Positions 19,478-29,721 of a stretch of DNA of 64,000 nucleotides are shown in pieces (positions within the stretch are counted from its first letter, which is position 1; every line of letters starts with the position of its first letter). The notes under the pieces are model-generated. The model was given only the letters and a program-made list of their open reading frames with translations. It was not told where the DNA came from and made no database searches. The position numbers and the translations under genes are program-made. The stretch is taken from contig OZ244799.1 of the NCBI GenBank assembly GCA_965219955.1, forward strand, positions 992,001-1,056,000, given 5' to 3'. Source of the stretch: a bacterium (GTDB lineage: Bacteria > UBA8248).

Positions 19478-21376
19478 ATGCTTCGCTTTTTGAGGGAAAA
19501 GGGCAAAAGCTGGGTCCTGAAGGCGCTGCTGGGCTTCGTAGCGCTCACGTTCGTGTCTTTCGGCGGGTTCGCGCTCACGGACAGGCAGGCCGACACCGGA
19601 GGCGGCCGGGTTGCGGCATGGGTGGAAGATACGCCCATATCGGTGCACGAATTCGAACAACGCTATTATCAGCGGGCGGAAACGCTCAGGCGGCAACTGG
19701 GCGCCGCATATAACGAGGAACTCGCGCGCAGGCTCGGCCTGAGGCGCCAGACGCTCGATTCTCTCATTTCAGAGAAACTCCAGTTGCGCGAAGCCCGGCG
19801 GCTCGGCATCGAGGTCACCAACGCGCAAGTCGCCCTCCAGATACAGGCGCTCGCCCCCTTTCTGAGGGACGGGAAATTCGACGCCCAGCGGTATCGCAGC
19901 ATCCTGGAGTCGAACGGCATCACTCCCCGTCAGTTCGAGGAAGAACAAAGGCGGGTCGTTTTGCTCAATCAGCTCCAGGACTATGTGAACCTGGGCGTGT
20001 TGGTCAGCGATCAGGAAGCGCGGGGCGCCTATGAGTGGAGAAACGCGGAAATCAGGTTGGCCGCCGTTCGCCTGAAACCGGAAACCTTCGCATCGGATGT
20101 GGCGAAGATCGAAGCCGACCTGAAGGCCCATTATGAAAAAAACAAGGACCAGTTCAAGACCGGTCCCCAGCGGAAGGTGTCCTGGTGGCATCTGCCGTTT
20201 TCCGCGGTGGCGGGAGGGGTCGTGCTCAGCGACTCGGACTTGAGGTCGCACTACACGCGGACTCGCGCGAAGTATGAGCGCAAGGAGAGCGTGTCGGTGA
20301 ACCAGATTCTGCTGAAACTGCCTCCCGGTGCCAAGGAAGAGCTAATCGAGGCGAGCCGCAAGCGGCTCGAGGGTCTGCGCGAGCGCGTCTTGAAAGGCGA
20401 GGAATTCACCGAGCTGGCCAAAGCGCACTCCGAGGGCCCGGGAGCGAAGCGCGGGGGCGAGCTCGGCGTTTTCGGCAGAGGCCAGATGCTGCCCGAGCTG
20501 GAGCAGGCGGCCTACGCCCTGAAAAAAGGAGAGGTGAGCAAACCGGTGAAGACTTCTTTCGGCATGCACCTGCTGTGGGTGCGGGAGAAGGTCTTGCCGG
20601 GCGAGAAGCCCTTCGAGGAAGTGCGAAAGCAGGTGGAAACAGATTTGCGGGCCTTGCGCTCCAGGGAGCGGGCGAAAAATGAATTGAGGAAAATCCGCTA
20701 CGCGGTGGAGGACAAGAAGGCGGAGCCTGCCCTCGCCGGGTTGCGGAAGGGGGAAACCGGTTTCTTTGAGAGAGGCCGCCCTCCGCAGGCGGTGCCCGCA
20801 TCCGGCGTCGTGAGTGGGCTTGCGTTCTCTCTGAGCGGCGAGGAGAAGATATCCAGAGAGCAGGAAGGAGCTGGGGGCGTCAGCTTCGTGCGGCTCGAGG
20901 CGAAAAAAGCGCCTTTCGTCCCGGAATTCCCGGATGTCCGCAAACAGGTGGAGGCTTCATTCCTGCGCTTGAAGGGAGCCGAGATCGCGAAGCGAAATGC
21001 GGCGCTTTGGCTCCAGGAGCTCAAGGATAAAAAACGCGACCTCTCCTCTATCGCCGGGGAACTCGAGCTTGAAGTCCTCAGGCCAAAAGCCTTCAAGCGG
21101 ACGGACGTGCCGGATGAGCTCGGGCCTTCCGCGGATATCTCGAATCTCGCTTTCACCCAAAAGAAGGGCGGGTTCGGGATGGCCCGGGCCGGCAGCGACG
21201 TGATTCTGTTCGAGGTGTTGGAGGGGCCGCAGACGGACATGCAGAAGTTCGATTCCGAGAAAACGGATTTCCTCCAGGGCCTGCTTCACCTGAAGAAGGC
21301 GATGGTGTTCAACCGGTATCTGGACAAGCTCCGGCAGGCGGCCAACATCCGCTTCGAGGAAGGGTTCAACCTGTAG
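19478..21376 (+). CDS. ppiD: SurA-N/parvulin periplasmic chaperone PpiD
   Basis: N-terminal TM, SurA-N helices, rotamase FTELAKAHS..GGELG..KTSFGMH; AAGGAG upstream. Confidence 0.85.
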   Translation: MLRFLREKGKSWVLKALLGFVALTFVSFGGFALTDRQADTGGGRVAAWVEDTPISVHEFEQRYYQRAETLRRQLGAAYNEELARRLGLRRQTLDSLISEKLQLREARRLGIEVTNAQVALQIQALAPFLRDGKFDAQRYRSILESNGITPRQFEEEQRRVVLLNQLQDYVNLGVLVSDQEARGAYEWRNAEIRLAAVRLKPETFASDVAKIEADLKAHYEKNKDQFKTGPQRKVSWWHLPFSAVAGGVVLSDSDLRSHYTRTRAKYERKESVSVNQILLKLPPGAKEELIEASRKRLEGLRERVLKGEEFTELAKAHSEGPGAKRGGELGVFGRGQMLPELEQAAYALKKGEVSKPVKTSFGMHLLWVREKVLPGEKPFEEVRKQVETDLRALRSRERAKNELRKIRYAVEDKKAEPALAGLRKGETGFFERGRPPQAVPASGVVSGLAFSLSGEEKISREQEGAGGVSFVRLEAKKAPFVPEFPDVRKQVEASFLRLKGAEIAKRNAALWLQELKDKKRDLSSIAGELELEVLRPKAFKRTDVPDELGPSADISNLAFTQKKGGFGMARAGSDVILFEVLEGPQTDMQKFDSEKTDFLQGLLHLKKAMVFNRYLDKLRQAANIRFEEGFNL

Positions 21377-21415
21377 AGGATTTCGGAGCAGTTTCTATTT
21401 TCCGGCTTTTCGGCC

Positions 21416-21730
21416 TCATCGCCAGAAATCTTCCCGGTCCTCGGGCCTGATTTCGTGTTTTTCCTGCATTCCTTTCTCGAAGAGGTCGGCCGCTTCTTTC
21501 TTTCGGGCTTCTTGCCGGCTCATCAAGTCCTGAATGTCGGGGGTCTTCTTCCTGGCCGCTTCGGCGAACGGGTCTTTCACCTGATGCCGCAGAATCCGCA
21601 CGGAATCCTCCCCGATCTCGAAGCGGATTTGATTCCCGGGTCCGGCGTCCAGGGATTTCATGATGTCCTTGGGAAGATGGATTCTTCCCCCCTGACCGAT
21701 TTCGACGATATATGGTTTCCTTTCGTTCAT
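21416..21730 (-). CDS. AbrB/MazE/SpoVT-family DNA-binding protein
   Basis: GQGGRIHLPKDIM..L..GPGNQIRF swapped-hairpin signature. Confidence 0.75.
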   Translation of the reverse strand: MNERKPYIVEIGQGGRIHLPKDIMKSLDAGPGNQIRFEIGEDSVRILRHQVKDPFAEAARKKTPDIQDLMSRQEARKKEAADLFEKGMQEKHEIRPEDREDFWR

Positions 21731-21827
21731 GAATAGTTCTCCTCAGAACCTGTTGTCCAGCACCTCGTTTCGATTAGCTTAACAGGAGCGAGGAGAAACT
21801 TGAAATACGCCTTTGGGCGCGCCGGGC

Positions 21828-24377
21828 CTAGCCCCAGGTCAGGAGATGCAGGCTGAGCGGATGAATGAGGTGCGGGTGATGGGGCACGGCGCGCACCGAC
21901 ACGCCGTGCATGCCCGGGCTGCGGCATTCGATCTCGCCATGAAAACGGTATGCGCCGCCGCCCAGGTCTTCGGCGAAGACCATGGGAGAGACGGCCTCTG
22001 CGGACAACAGGTTTTCCTCTTTCAAGCGTCCTTCGTAAATCTCGAGGCGGACTTCTTCGGGGGAGAGATTACCGAGAGAGGCCTCCGCTTCGACCCTCAT
22101 TTTCGCGCCCAGGGGAACGACGCCGTTTTGCGCCATCGATATCCGGGTGATCTCCACCCCGGGCCATGCGCGGTGCACGCGCTCTTTCCAGTCGGAGAGC
22201 GATTTGGCGGGGGTTCTTTCGTCCGCCATGAGACGCGCATGGTGCGCCCCCAGGGGCAGGTAGAATTTTTCCGCGTACTCGCGCACCATCCGACTCGTGT
22301 TGAAATAGGGGCAGAGGGACTGCAGCGAGTTCTTGATCATCTCCAGCCAGCCGTATGGAATGTCCTCGTCGTCCCGTTCATAGAAAAGGGGAATCACGAC
22401 CTGCTCGAGCGTGTTGAACAGGCTCTCGCACTCCATCTCGTCCTGGTAGCCGGGGTCGTTGTAGTTCTCGAGGCCGCCGATGGCCCACCCCAGGTGGCTC
22501 GCATACCCCTCCGCCCACCAGCCGTCCATGATGCTCAGGTTCAAGGCGCCGTTGGCGGCGGCCTTCATGCCGCTGGTGCCGCTCGCTTCCTGCGGGCGGC
22601 GGGGGTTGTTCAACCACAAATCCACCCCCTGCACGAGTTGCCGCCCGACGTGGATGTCGTAATCCTCCACGAATACGAGCTTGTCCCGCACGTTTTCCCT
22701 CCGGGCGAAATGGAGGAGTTCGCGAATGAAACTTTTGCCCTCCATGTCCCTCGGGTGGGCTTTGCCGGAGAATATGATTTGAACGGGCTTTTCCCTGTTC
22801 GTGAGTAGCGAGACCAGGCGCTCGGGCCTCTTGAGCAGCAAGGTGGCGCGCTTGTAGGTGGCGAAGCGTCTCGCAAAGCCGATCGTCAGCGCCCCGGGGT
22901 CGGGGAGGATGGTGACGTTGGGGCGCGTGACGCTTCCCAACGGCCGCTTGAGGGCGTGCGCGCGGCAAAATTCGATGAGACGCTCGCGGTTTTTCTCCCG
23001 GACGCCCCAGAGTTCGTTCTCAGGTATTGAGGCGACTCTCTCCCAGATCTCCGGCTTGTCCGTCTCGTCCACCCAGCCGCCGCCCAGATGCCTGTCGAAC
23101 AACTCCTTCATCCCGGGCGATACCCAGGTGGGGAAGTGAACGCCGTTCGTGATGGAGTCGATGGGGATGTCCTGCTCGGGGACTTCCGGCCACATGGATT
23201 GCCACATCTTTCGCGAAACCTCGCCGTGCAGTTTGCTGACGCCGTTCGCCGCCGATGAGAGGCGCAGCGCGAGGACGGCCATGTTGAAAGGCTCGTCCCC
23301 CTGTTCGGGGTTCACCCGGCCCAGACCCAGAAATTCGTCCCACTCCATGGAGAGGGATTGCGCGTAGGTGCGGAAGTATTTTTCCATCATGTCGGGCGGA
23401 AAAATGTCGATGCCCGCCGGGACGGGCGTGTGCGTCGTGAAGACGTTCCCGGCGGAAGTCAACTCCCGGGCCGCGCCGGGGTCGATGCCGAATTTCCCCA
23501 TCGCATAGCGGATTCTCTCGAGCGCCAGGAAGGCGGAATGCCCCTCGTTCATGTGGCAGACGACGGGCGGTAGGTTCAGCTTGTGGAGCAGCCTCACGCC
23601 GCCGATGCCGAGCAGGATCTCCTGGCGGATCCGCGTCTCCATGTCCCCGGCGTAGAGGGCCAGCGTGATTTCGCGCAGCGAGGGCGCGTTTGTGGGCACG
23701 TTGGCGTCCAGGAGGTAGATGGGTATTCGGCCCACCTGCACGTGCCAGACCTGTGCGGTGAGTGGACCGTCGGGGAAATCGACTTCCACCGTGATGGGCT
23801 CTCCGTTCTCATCGTGATCGAGATGGAAGGGCGTGTGATGAAAATCGTTGTCCGGGTAGCGCTCCTGCTGCCAGCCGTCGGGCCCCAGGTGCTGGCGGAA
23901 ATATCCCTGGCTGTAGGCGAGACCCACGCCGATGAGGGGGAGCCCTAAGTCACTCGCGGATTTCATGTGGTCACCGGCGAGGACGCCCAGGCCGCCCGAA
24001 TAGTTGGGCACGGATTCCGTCAGTCCGAATTCCATGCTGAAGTAGGCGATGCGCTGGTCCTCGCTCTTTTCGCTCTCGGGCAGGTTCTGGTACCAGGACG
24101 GTTTGTGGAGATACGCGTGAAGCTCTTTCAGTACGGCTTCCATCTCGCGGAGGAAATGCGCGTCGCGCGCCGCCGCGTCGAGCCGCTCCTGGGAGACGGA
24201 GCGCAGCATTTGCGCAGGATTATAGTGGCAATCCTCCCACAGGGCGTCGTCCAGCCTGCTGAAAAGCGCGCGCGCGCGATGGTTCCAGTCGAAGGCGATG
24301 TTGTCTGCGATTTCCTCGAGACCTTTTAATTCCGGAGGAATGTTGGGCACTACCTGAAACGAAAGCACGGTCGTCAT
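21828..24377 (-). CDS. glgP: Alpha-glucan phosphorylase
   Basis: YSGGLGVLAGD, HMNEGH, FARRFATYKR, EASGTSGMK. Confidence 0.96.
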   Translation of the reverse strand: MTTVLSFQVVPNIPPELKGLEEIADNIAFDWNHRARALFSRLDDALWEDCHYNPAQMLRSVSQERLDAAARDAHFLREMEAVLKELHAYLHKPSWYQNLPESEKSEDQRIAYFSMEFGLTESVPNYSGGLGVLAGDHMKSASDLGLPLIGVGLAYSQGYFRQHLGPDGWQQERYPDNDFHHTPFHLDHDENGEPITVEVDFPDGPLTAQVWHVQVGRIPIYLLDANVPTNAPSLREITLALYAGDMETRIRQEILLGIGGVRLLHKLNLPPVVCHMNEGHSAFLALERIRYAMGKFGIDPGAARELTSAGNVFTTHTPVPAGIDIFPPDMMEKYFRTYAQSLSMEWDEFLGLGRVNPEQGDEPFNMAVLALRLSSAANGVSKLHGEVSRKMWQSMWPEVPEQDIPIDSITNGVHFPTWVSPGMKELFDRHLGGGWVDETDKPEIWERVASIPENELWGVREKNRERLIEFCRAHALKRPLGSVTRPNVTILPDPGALTIGFARRFATYKRATLLLKRPERLVSLLTNREKPVQIIFSGKAHPRDMEGKSFIRELLHFARRENVRDKLVFVEDYDIHVGRQLVQGVDLWLNNPRRPQEASGTSGMKAAANGALNLSIMDGWWAEGYASHLGWAIGGLENYNDPGYQDEMECESLFNTLEQVVIPLFYERDDEDIPYGWLEMIKNSLQSLCPYFNTSRMVREYAEKFYLPLGAHHARLMADERTPAKSLSDWKERVHRAWPGVEITRISMAQNGVVPLGAKMRVEAEASLGNLSPEEVRLEIYEGRLKEENLLSAEAVSPMVFAEDLGGGAYRFHGEIECRSPGMHGVSVRAVPHHPHLIHPLSLHLLTWG

Positions 24378-24454
24378 TTTCTGTTCCCGATAAGGATTGC
24401 GAGTCGGCTCATTATACCGATTTCACGAGGACGATTTCACGCATCGGACCCGAA

Positions 24455-24865
24455 TTATTCGGCGAGTCCATAGCCGCCTTTTTCACGGAGCGCCACGTTG
24501 GGTCCCGGCGGCGAATATAAAACCATATATTTGAACAGCGCGTCACCCGTGCTCGTGATTTGGTGCATCTTGCCCGGAGGCACGAAAACCGCGTCGCCCG
24601 CCTCGACCGAAATCTTCTCCCCCTCGATGTCGATCACCCCCGTTCCGCTGATGATGTAGAAGGCGTGCTCCTCGGCGTCGTGCTTGTGGGCGGTGGAGGT
24701 GAGACCCGGGTCGAATTCGTTGATGAGCAGGGCGAACTGTTTGGCGCCCACGGTCTCCTCATCGAGGAGAATCCGGAACATGCTCCTGCCGCCGGGCACG
24801 GGCAACTCTCCGCTCAGGGCTTCGCTCTCCCGCACGCGCAGGGGTTTGTTATGCTGCTCGCTCAT
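24455..24865 (-). CDS. Cupin-domain protein
   Basis: HKHDAEEHAFYIISG..GDAVFVPPGKMH. Confidence 0.9.
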   Translation of the reverse strand: MSEQHNKPLRVRESEALSGELPVPGGRSMFRILLDEETVGAKQFALLINEFDPGLTSTAHKHDAEEHAFYIISGTGVIDIEGEKISVEAGDAVFVPPGKMHQITSTGDALFKYMVLYSPPGPNVALREKGGYGLAE

Positions 24866-24933
24866 AATGGCTCCTTCCTTTCGTGGAATCGTGGCTTGGA
24901 ATATGAAAATCCGGCTGCCGGAGAATCAGCGGT

Positions 24934-25755
24934 TCATGGCGCCTTTTGCTTCGTTTGCCGGTACATGTGGTTGAGCGGGCCTCTGCCGTTTCCGATGGCG
25001 AGCGCGTTCTCGATGGCGCCCTGGATGAAATCTTTCGCCCGCCTCACCGCTTCGATAGTCGGCTCCCCCTGCGCCAGCCCCGCCGCGATGGCCGAGGAGA
25101 GCGTGCATCCCGTGCCGTGGGTATGGGGGGTGTCGATGCGCCTGCCCTCGAGCGCGACCTCGTTTTCTCCGTCGAAGAAAATGTCCACGGCGCCATCGGT
25201 AATGTGGCCTCCTTTGAGCAGAACGCATTTCGCTCCCCGCTCGTGGAGGGCCCGGGCGGCGTCTCTCATCCGGGCGAGGGTTTCGATTTCTCCGGTTTCC
25301 AGGATGTCGCGCGCTTCTTCCGTATTGGGCGTGACGACCTCGGCCAGCGGGAAGAGGTTGTCGACGAGGGCGTCTCTCGCGTCGGGCGCGAGGAGGCGGT
25401 CGCCGCTTTTGGCGACCATCACCGGGTCGAGCACGACGCGCGCGAGCGCGTGCTCTTTGAGTTTCGCGGCGACGACCTCGATGACGTCGACCGTGGCGAG
25501 CATGCCGATTTTCGCGCTTGCCACGTCCAAATCCGAGCACACCGAGTCGAATTGCGCCGCGATGAAGTCGGGCGGTGCGCCGTGCACCCCTTGTACGCCC
25601 ACGGTGTTCTGCGCCGTCAGCGCGGTGATGACCGAAGCGCCATAGACCCCGAACGCGCTGAAAGTCTTGAGGTCGGCCTGGATCCCGGCTCCGCCGCCTG
25701 AGTCCGAACCCGCTATCGTCAGGGCGATGGGGGGAGGGCTCCCGGGTTTCGCCAT
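24934..25755 (-). CDS. thiD: Hydroxymethylpyrimidine/phosphomethylpyrimidine kinase
   Basis: [35 protein letters not shown]; start at 25755 with AAGGAG. Confidence 0.96.
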   Translation of the reverse strand: MAKPGSPPPIALTIAGSDSGGGAGIQADLKTFSAFGVYGASVITALTAQNTVGVQGVHGAPPDFIAAQFDSVCSDLDVASAKIGMLATVDVIEVVAAKLKEHALARVVLDPVMVAKSGDRLLAPDARDALVDNLFPLAEVVTPNTEEARDILETGEIETLARMRDAARALHERGAKCVLLKGGHITDGAVDIFFDGENEVALEGRRIDTPHTHGTGCTLSSAIAAGLAQGEPTIEAVRRAKDFIQGAIENALAIGNGRGPLNHMYRQTKQKAP

Positions 25756-25880
25756 GTCTTTCTCCTTTCGCTTCACATCATAAGGCGATGCGACATGAAA
25801 ATGTAGCACACCGGGAATATATTGGGAGGTTGTCGGGAATATGACGAAGAGAAAAAAACGGGGAACCGCTTTAATGGGGA

Positions 25881-25913
25881 ATTCTTGACAAATTTGTTTG
25901 GGAATTATAGTCT
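25881..25913 (+). promoter_or_regulatory. Sigma70-type promoter with overlapping Rrf2/IscR-like operator for the sulfur operon
   Basis: TTGACA (25885-25890), N17, TAGTCT (25908-25913); ATTCTTGACAAATTTGTTTGGGAAT (25881-25905) resembles IscR type-1 sites; operon ends in an Rrf2 gene. Confidence 0.6.
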
Positions 25914-25957
25914 CACGCTCGGCTGGTTCGGTGTAAAAGGATTGGAAGGGCACTCTC

Positions 25958-26917
25958 ATGGCATTGGGCACCCGGGGCCGTCCGCCCCAGATTCTGAGGG
26001 CGCTTCCCTCGCTCATCGATCGCATCGGAGGCACGAGCCTCGTCCAGTTGCAGCGTCTTCCCGATGCTTCCGGCGCGCGCGTGTTCGCCAAGCTCGAGCA
26101 ATACAACCCCGGCGGGAGCGTGAAGGACAGAATCGCGCTCAGCATGGTGCTCGACGGCGAGCGGCGCGGCCTCCTGAAGCCCGGCGGGACGATCATCGAG
26201 CCCACGAGTGGCAACACGGGCATTGGCTTGGCGCTCATCGGCGCCATTCGCGGCTACAGGACGATCATCGTGCTCAGCAAGAGCATGAGCCACGAGCGCA
26301 ACTCCCTGCTCACGGGCTACGGGGCCGAGGTGGTCTTCAGCTCCAGCGAGGGCGGCATGTACGGCTCGCTCGTGCTGGCCGAAGCCATCCTGGAGGAGAA
26401 CCCGGACTACTTCATGCCCCAGCAGTTCAACAACCCGGCCAACCCGGAGATCCACCGCAGGACCACGGCGCGCGAGATCCTGCGCGACATGGGCGCGGAA
26501 TCGGTGGACGCCTTCGTGGCGGGCGTGGGGACGGGAGGCACCATCACGGGCGTGGGTGAGGTCCTGAAGGAGAGAAGGCCGGAAACGCTCGTCATCGGCG
26601 TGGAGCCCGCCGCGTCCCCCGTTCTCACGGGCGGGGAACCCGGCCCGCACCAGATTCAGGGGATCGGCGCGGGCTTCGTGCCTGCGGTGTTGAACCGGGC
26701 GATCATCGACGAGGTGATGCCGGTGAGCGATTCGGACGCGTATGAGGTGAGCAAGGCCCTGAGCCGGGAGGAGGGCATGGCCGCAGGCATTTCGGCGGGA
26801 GCGGCGGTAAGCGCGGCTCTTGAGGTGGCGCGGCGGATGGGGCCTGAGGAAAACGTGGTGGTCGTCATTCCCGACGGCTGGGAGAGATATTATAGTCTGG
26901 AGCAGCATTTTCGTTAG
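25958..26917 (+). CDS. cysK: Cysteine synthase A-like PLP enzyme
   Basis: NPGGSVKDR, EPTSGNTG, GVGTGGT, HQIQGIGAGF. Confidence 0.88.
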   Translation: MALGTRGRPPQILRALPSLIDRIGGTSLVQLQRLPDASGARVFAKLEQYNPGGSVKDRIALSMVLDGERRGLLKPGGTIIEPTSGNTGIGLALIGAIRGYRTIIVLSKSMSHERNSLLTGYGAEVVFSSSEGGMYGSLVLAEAILEENPDYFMPQQFNNPANPEIHRRTTAREILRDMGAESVDAFVAGVGTGGTITGVGEVLKERRPETLVIGVEPAASPVLTGGEPGPHQIQGIGAGFVPAVLNRAIIDEVMPVSDSDAYEVSKALSREEGMAAGISAGAAVSAALEVARRMGPEENVVVVIPDGWERYYSLEQHFR

Positions 26918-26970
26918 GCAACTTACTTCAGCATCCCCGGAGAGCGGGGTTTTCAGATCAGGAGAGAGAA

Positions 26971-27249
26971 ATGGCGGTAACGGTTCGTATTCCGACACCT
27001 TTACAGGAGTTCACACAGCAGCAGGACGCCGTGGAGATCGCGGGCGCGGACGTGAAGGAAGTGCTCGCGAACCTCGACAGCCAGTTCGCGGGCATCGGCC
27101 AGCGCCTCTATGACGAGGAGGGCAAGCTGCGGCGTTTCGTGAACATTTACGTGAACCAGGAGGACATCCGCTTCCTGCAGGGAGAGGGAACGGCGGTGAG
27201 CGATGGAGATGAGGTCTCCATCGTGCCGGCCATCGCGGGCGGCCTGTAA
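26971..27249 (+). CDS. MoaD/ThiS-family ubiquitin-like sulfur carrier (CysO-like), C-terminus AGG-L
   Basis: VRIPTPL..RRFVNIYVNQEDIRFL..SIVPAIAGGL. Confidence 0.92.
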   Translation: MAVTVRIPTPLQEFTQQQDAVEIAGADVKEVLANLDSQFAGIGQRLYDEEGKLRRFVNIYVNQEDIRFLQGEGTAVSDGDEVSIVPAIAGGL

Positions 27250-27281
27250 TCGTCCGCAAACCCCGAGAGGAGAGTCGCCCC

Positions 27282-27932
27282 TTGGGCTTGAGCGAAGAGC
27301 AGATTCAGCGCTACAGCCGCCACATTCTGCTCCCTGGTGTGGGAGGAGTCGGGCAGGAGCGCCTGCTGGCCTCTTCCGTCCTCATTGCCTATTCGGAGGA
27401 TGAGGAGAGTGCTGCGCTCACCGCCCTGGCGTATCTGGCGGCTGCGGGCGTGGGCCGGATCGGCTGGTGTCCGCTCGATGGGGGCGACGGGCTCAAGCAG
27501 AAATCGCCGCTCTCCGCCTTCTATGGCGGCAGCCTGGGAGGTGGCCTCAAGAGGTTCAACCCCGATACGAGGCTGGTTCCCGTTCGACCGGACGAGGGAG
27601 CAGGGGAGGTTTTCGACGTCCTCATCCGGCTGGGCGATGAAGGAGCCTCAGATGATGAGAGATTCGAGGCTTCGGCGAAAGCCGCGCTGCGAGGCGTCTC
27701 CCGTGGGGAGGCCGGAGAAATTCTCGAGGGACCCGGCGGTTTCGGGGAGCCGGACGCAATACCATCTCCGAGGGGCGCATCGACAGTGGCGGCCCAGGGC
27801 GCTTTGGGCGCATGGCTGGCCGCGAGAGCCTTGCGGCATCTGGTGGATGAAATGGAAACAGTGGGGTCGACTGCGCAGGCCCGATTCGATTTTTCGCACG
27901 GCCTGATGGAGGCGCGTGCGAACCTTTCCTGA
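27282..27932 (+). CDS. Degenerate ThiF/MoeB-family protein (keeps RYSRH, lacks ATP-binding motifs)
   Basis: EEQIQRYSRHILLPGVGGVGQERL and YLAAAGVGRI present; no GxGxxG, NLxRQ or CxxC. Confidence 0.8.
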   Translation: MGLSEEQIQRYSRHILLPGVGGVGQERLLASSVLIAYSEDEESAALTALAYLAAAGVGRIGWCPLDGGDGLKQKSPLSAFYGGSLGGGLKRFNPDTRLVPVRPDEGAGEVFDVLIRLGDEGASDDERFEASAKAALRGVSRGEAGEILEGPGGFGEPDAIPSPRGASTVAAQGALGAWLAARALRHLVDEMETVGSTAQARFDFSHGLMEARANLS

Positions 27933-27965
27933 GATTTTCAGGAGCTAAGTGCGAGGGCCATACCA

Positions 27966-28904
27966 ATGGTCGAATCGACGGTGGAGAATCCCGCGAGCGC
28001 GTTCAGAAATTTAGAGGATTCCCCAATCATCAAGTGTATCGGCAACACCCCTCTGCTGGAAGTCAAGCTGTTCGAGAGCGAGTTCCCGGACGTGGAGGTC
28101 TACGCCAAGGCGGAGTGGTTCAACCCGGGCGGCTCGGTGAAGGACAGGCCGGCGCTCTTCATGGTGAAGGACGGCCTGGAAACGGGAGCGTTGCGCCCCG
28201 GCAGGATTCTGCTCGATTCCACGAGCGGCAACACCGGCATCGCCTACGCCATGATCGGCGCGGCACTGGGGATTCCGGTGCGCCTCGTCCTGCCTGCGAA
28301 CGCGAGCGACGAACGCAAGGCGACCTTGAAGGGCTACGGGGCCGAGATCGTTTTCTCGGACCCCCTGGAGGGCTCGGACGGCGCGCAGCGCCTCGCGGCG
28401 AAGATGTATCAGGACGAGCCGGAAAAATACTTTTTGCCCTGCCAATACGACAACCCGGCGAACCCGCTCGCCCACGTCGAGACCACGGCGTCCGAGATTC
28501 TCGAGCAGACGGGTGGCCGCGTGGAGCACTTCGTCGCGGGTCTCGGCACTACCGGCACCCTGGTGGGCACGGGGCGCGGCCTCAAGGCGAGAAAACCCGA
28601 CGTCGTGGTGCATGCGGTCATGCCGTCGGAATCGTTTCACGGCCTGGAGGGCATGAAGCATATCCCCACGGCCATTCGCCCGAAGATTTACGATGAGAGC
28701 GTGCACGACAACCTGATTCCGGCGAGCACCGAGGAGAGCTACGAGCTCGCCGAGCGCATCGCGAAAGAAGAGGGTCTCTTCATCGGCCACTCGGCAGGCG
28801 CCGCGCTCGTGGGCGTGCGCGAGGTGGCGAAGCAGATAGGCAAGGGCGTTATCGTCACCCTGTTCCCCGACGGGGGGGACAGGTACCTGAGCGAAGCGCG
28901 CTAG
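27966..28904 (+). CDS. cysM: CysM-like (sulfur-carrier dependent) cysteine synthase
   Basis: NPGGSVKDR, DSTSGNTG, GLGTTGT, GLEGMKH, PDGGDRYLS; context of carrier plus JAB. Confidence 0.82.
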   Translation: MVESTVENPASAFRNLEDSPIIKCIGNTPLLEVKLFESEFPDVEVYAKAEWFNPGGSVKDRPALFMVKDGLETGALRPGRILLDSTSGNTGIAYAMIGAALGIPVRLVLPANASDERKATLKGYGAEIVFSDPLEGSDGAQRLAAKMYQDEPEKYFLPCQYDNPANPLAHVETTASEILEQTGGRVEHFVAGLGTTGTLVGTGRGLKARKPDVVVHAVMPSESFHGLEGMKHIPTAIRPKIYDESVHDNLIPASTEESYELAERIAKEEGLFIGHSAGAALVGVREVAKQIGKGVIVTLFPDGGDRYLSEAR

Positions 28905-28906
28905 GA

Positions 28907-29213
28907 GGGGGTGTTGAAAAAGTCCCGTGGAGCGATTTTGGTTGAGCGCCCGGTCTTGAAGTTCACTCCCCCCTTGAGGGGGTCGGGCTTCCCGAGGGGA
29001 AAGCCCGACAGAAGCCGAGCGTTTTTTGCGAAGGCTGATGCGGTGGGGGGTAAAATGCGTTTTATCGCCACTCCGAATTATACCCCCCACCGAATCGCTT
29101 TCGGGCTTACGCCCTCAGCTCTTCGACTCCCCCTCAAGGGGGGAGTGATTTTTCTCTCTCGTCGGTCAGTTACATACGACAAATCCAGAGTTTCGGACTT
29201 TTTCAACAACCCC
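28907..29213. mobile_element. Non-autonomous TIR-bounded (MITE-like) cassette 1
   Basis: GGGGGTGTTGAAAAAGTCC (28907-28925) / GGACTTTTTCAACAACCCC (29195-29213), 18 of 19 inverted match; internal CACTCCCCCCTTGAGGGGG...CCCCCTCAAGGGGGGAGTG palindrome. Confidence 0.8.
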
Positions 29214-29226
29214 GAGGAGGCTTGGT

Positions 29227-29721
29227 TTGCGTCTGAATCGTGAACAGGTGGAGGCGATGCACCGCCATGCGCGCGAGGCGTATCCCGATGAGTGCTGCGG
29301 GCTGATCATCGGGCCTCCGCGCGGGCGGGGTGGTGCGGAAGAAACGCTCGCCCTCCTGCCTTGTAAGAACGTGCAGAACGAGATGCACGAGAAGGACCCC
29401 GAATTTTATCCCCGGACGGCGCGGCGCGCATTCCTGATCGATCCCTTCGAGTTCGAGCGCATCGTGAGAGAGGCGGAGAAGGGGGGCGAGGTGGTGCGCG
29501 GCATCTTCCACAGCCACCCGGACGAGGACGCCTATTTTTCGCAGGAAGACGTGGATGCGGCGGTTCCTTTCGGGGATATCCCGTCGTTCCCGGAGGCGGA
29601 GCACGTCGTCATGAGCGTGCGCGAAGGCGCCGTACTCGGGCAGAAGGTGTATTCCTGGGACGCGGAGCAAAAGACCTTTATCGAGAGCGATCTGGAAATT
29701 CTCGAGGAGGCGGGCGCGTGA
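29227..29721 (+). CDS. JAB/Mov34 (M67) metalloprotease, Mec-like
   Basis: YPDECCG, HSHPDEDAYFSQED (HxH-x7-S-x2-D). Confidence 0.92.
   Translation: MRLNREQVEAMHRHAREAYPDECCGLIIGPPRGRGGAEETLALLPCKNVQNEMHEKDPEFYPRTARRAFLIDPFEFERIVREAEKGGEVVRGIFHSHPDEDAYFSQEDVDAAVPFGDIPSFPEAEHVVMSVREGAVLGQKVYSWDAEQKTFIESDLEILEEAGA

Noticed and set aside
25756-25880. TPP riboswitch upstream of thiD
   Set aside because: No CTGAGA or other TPP aptamer motifs seen
28911-29243. ORFs within the TIR cassettes (also 33020-33409, 41067-41360)
   Set aside because: They are translations of palindromic repeats with no recognisable protein features
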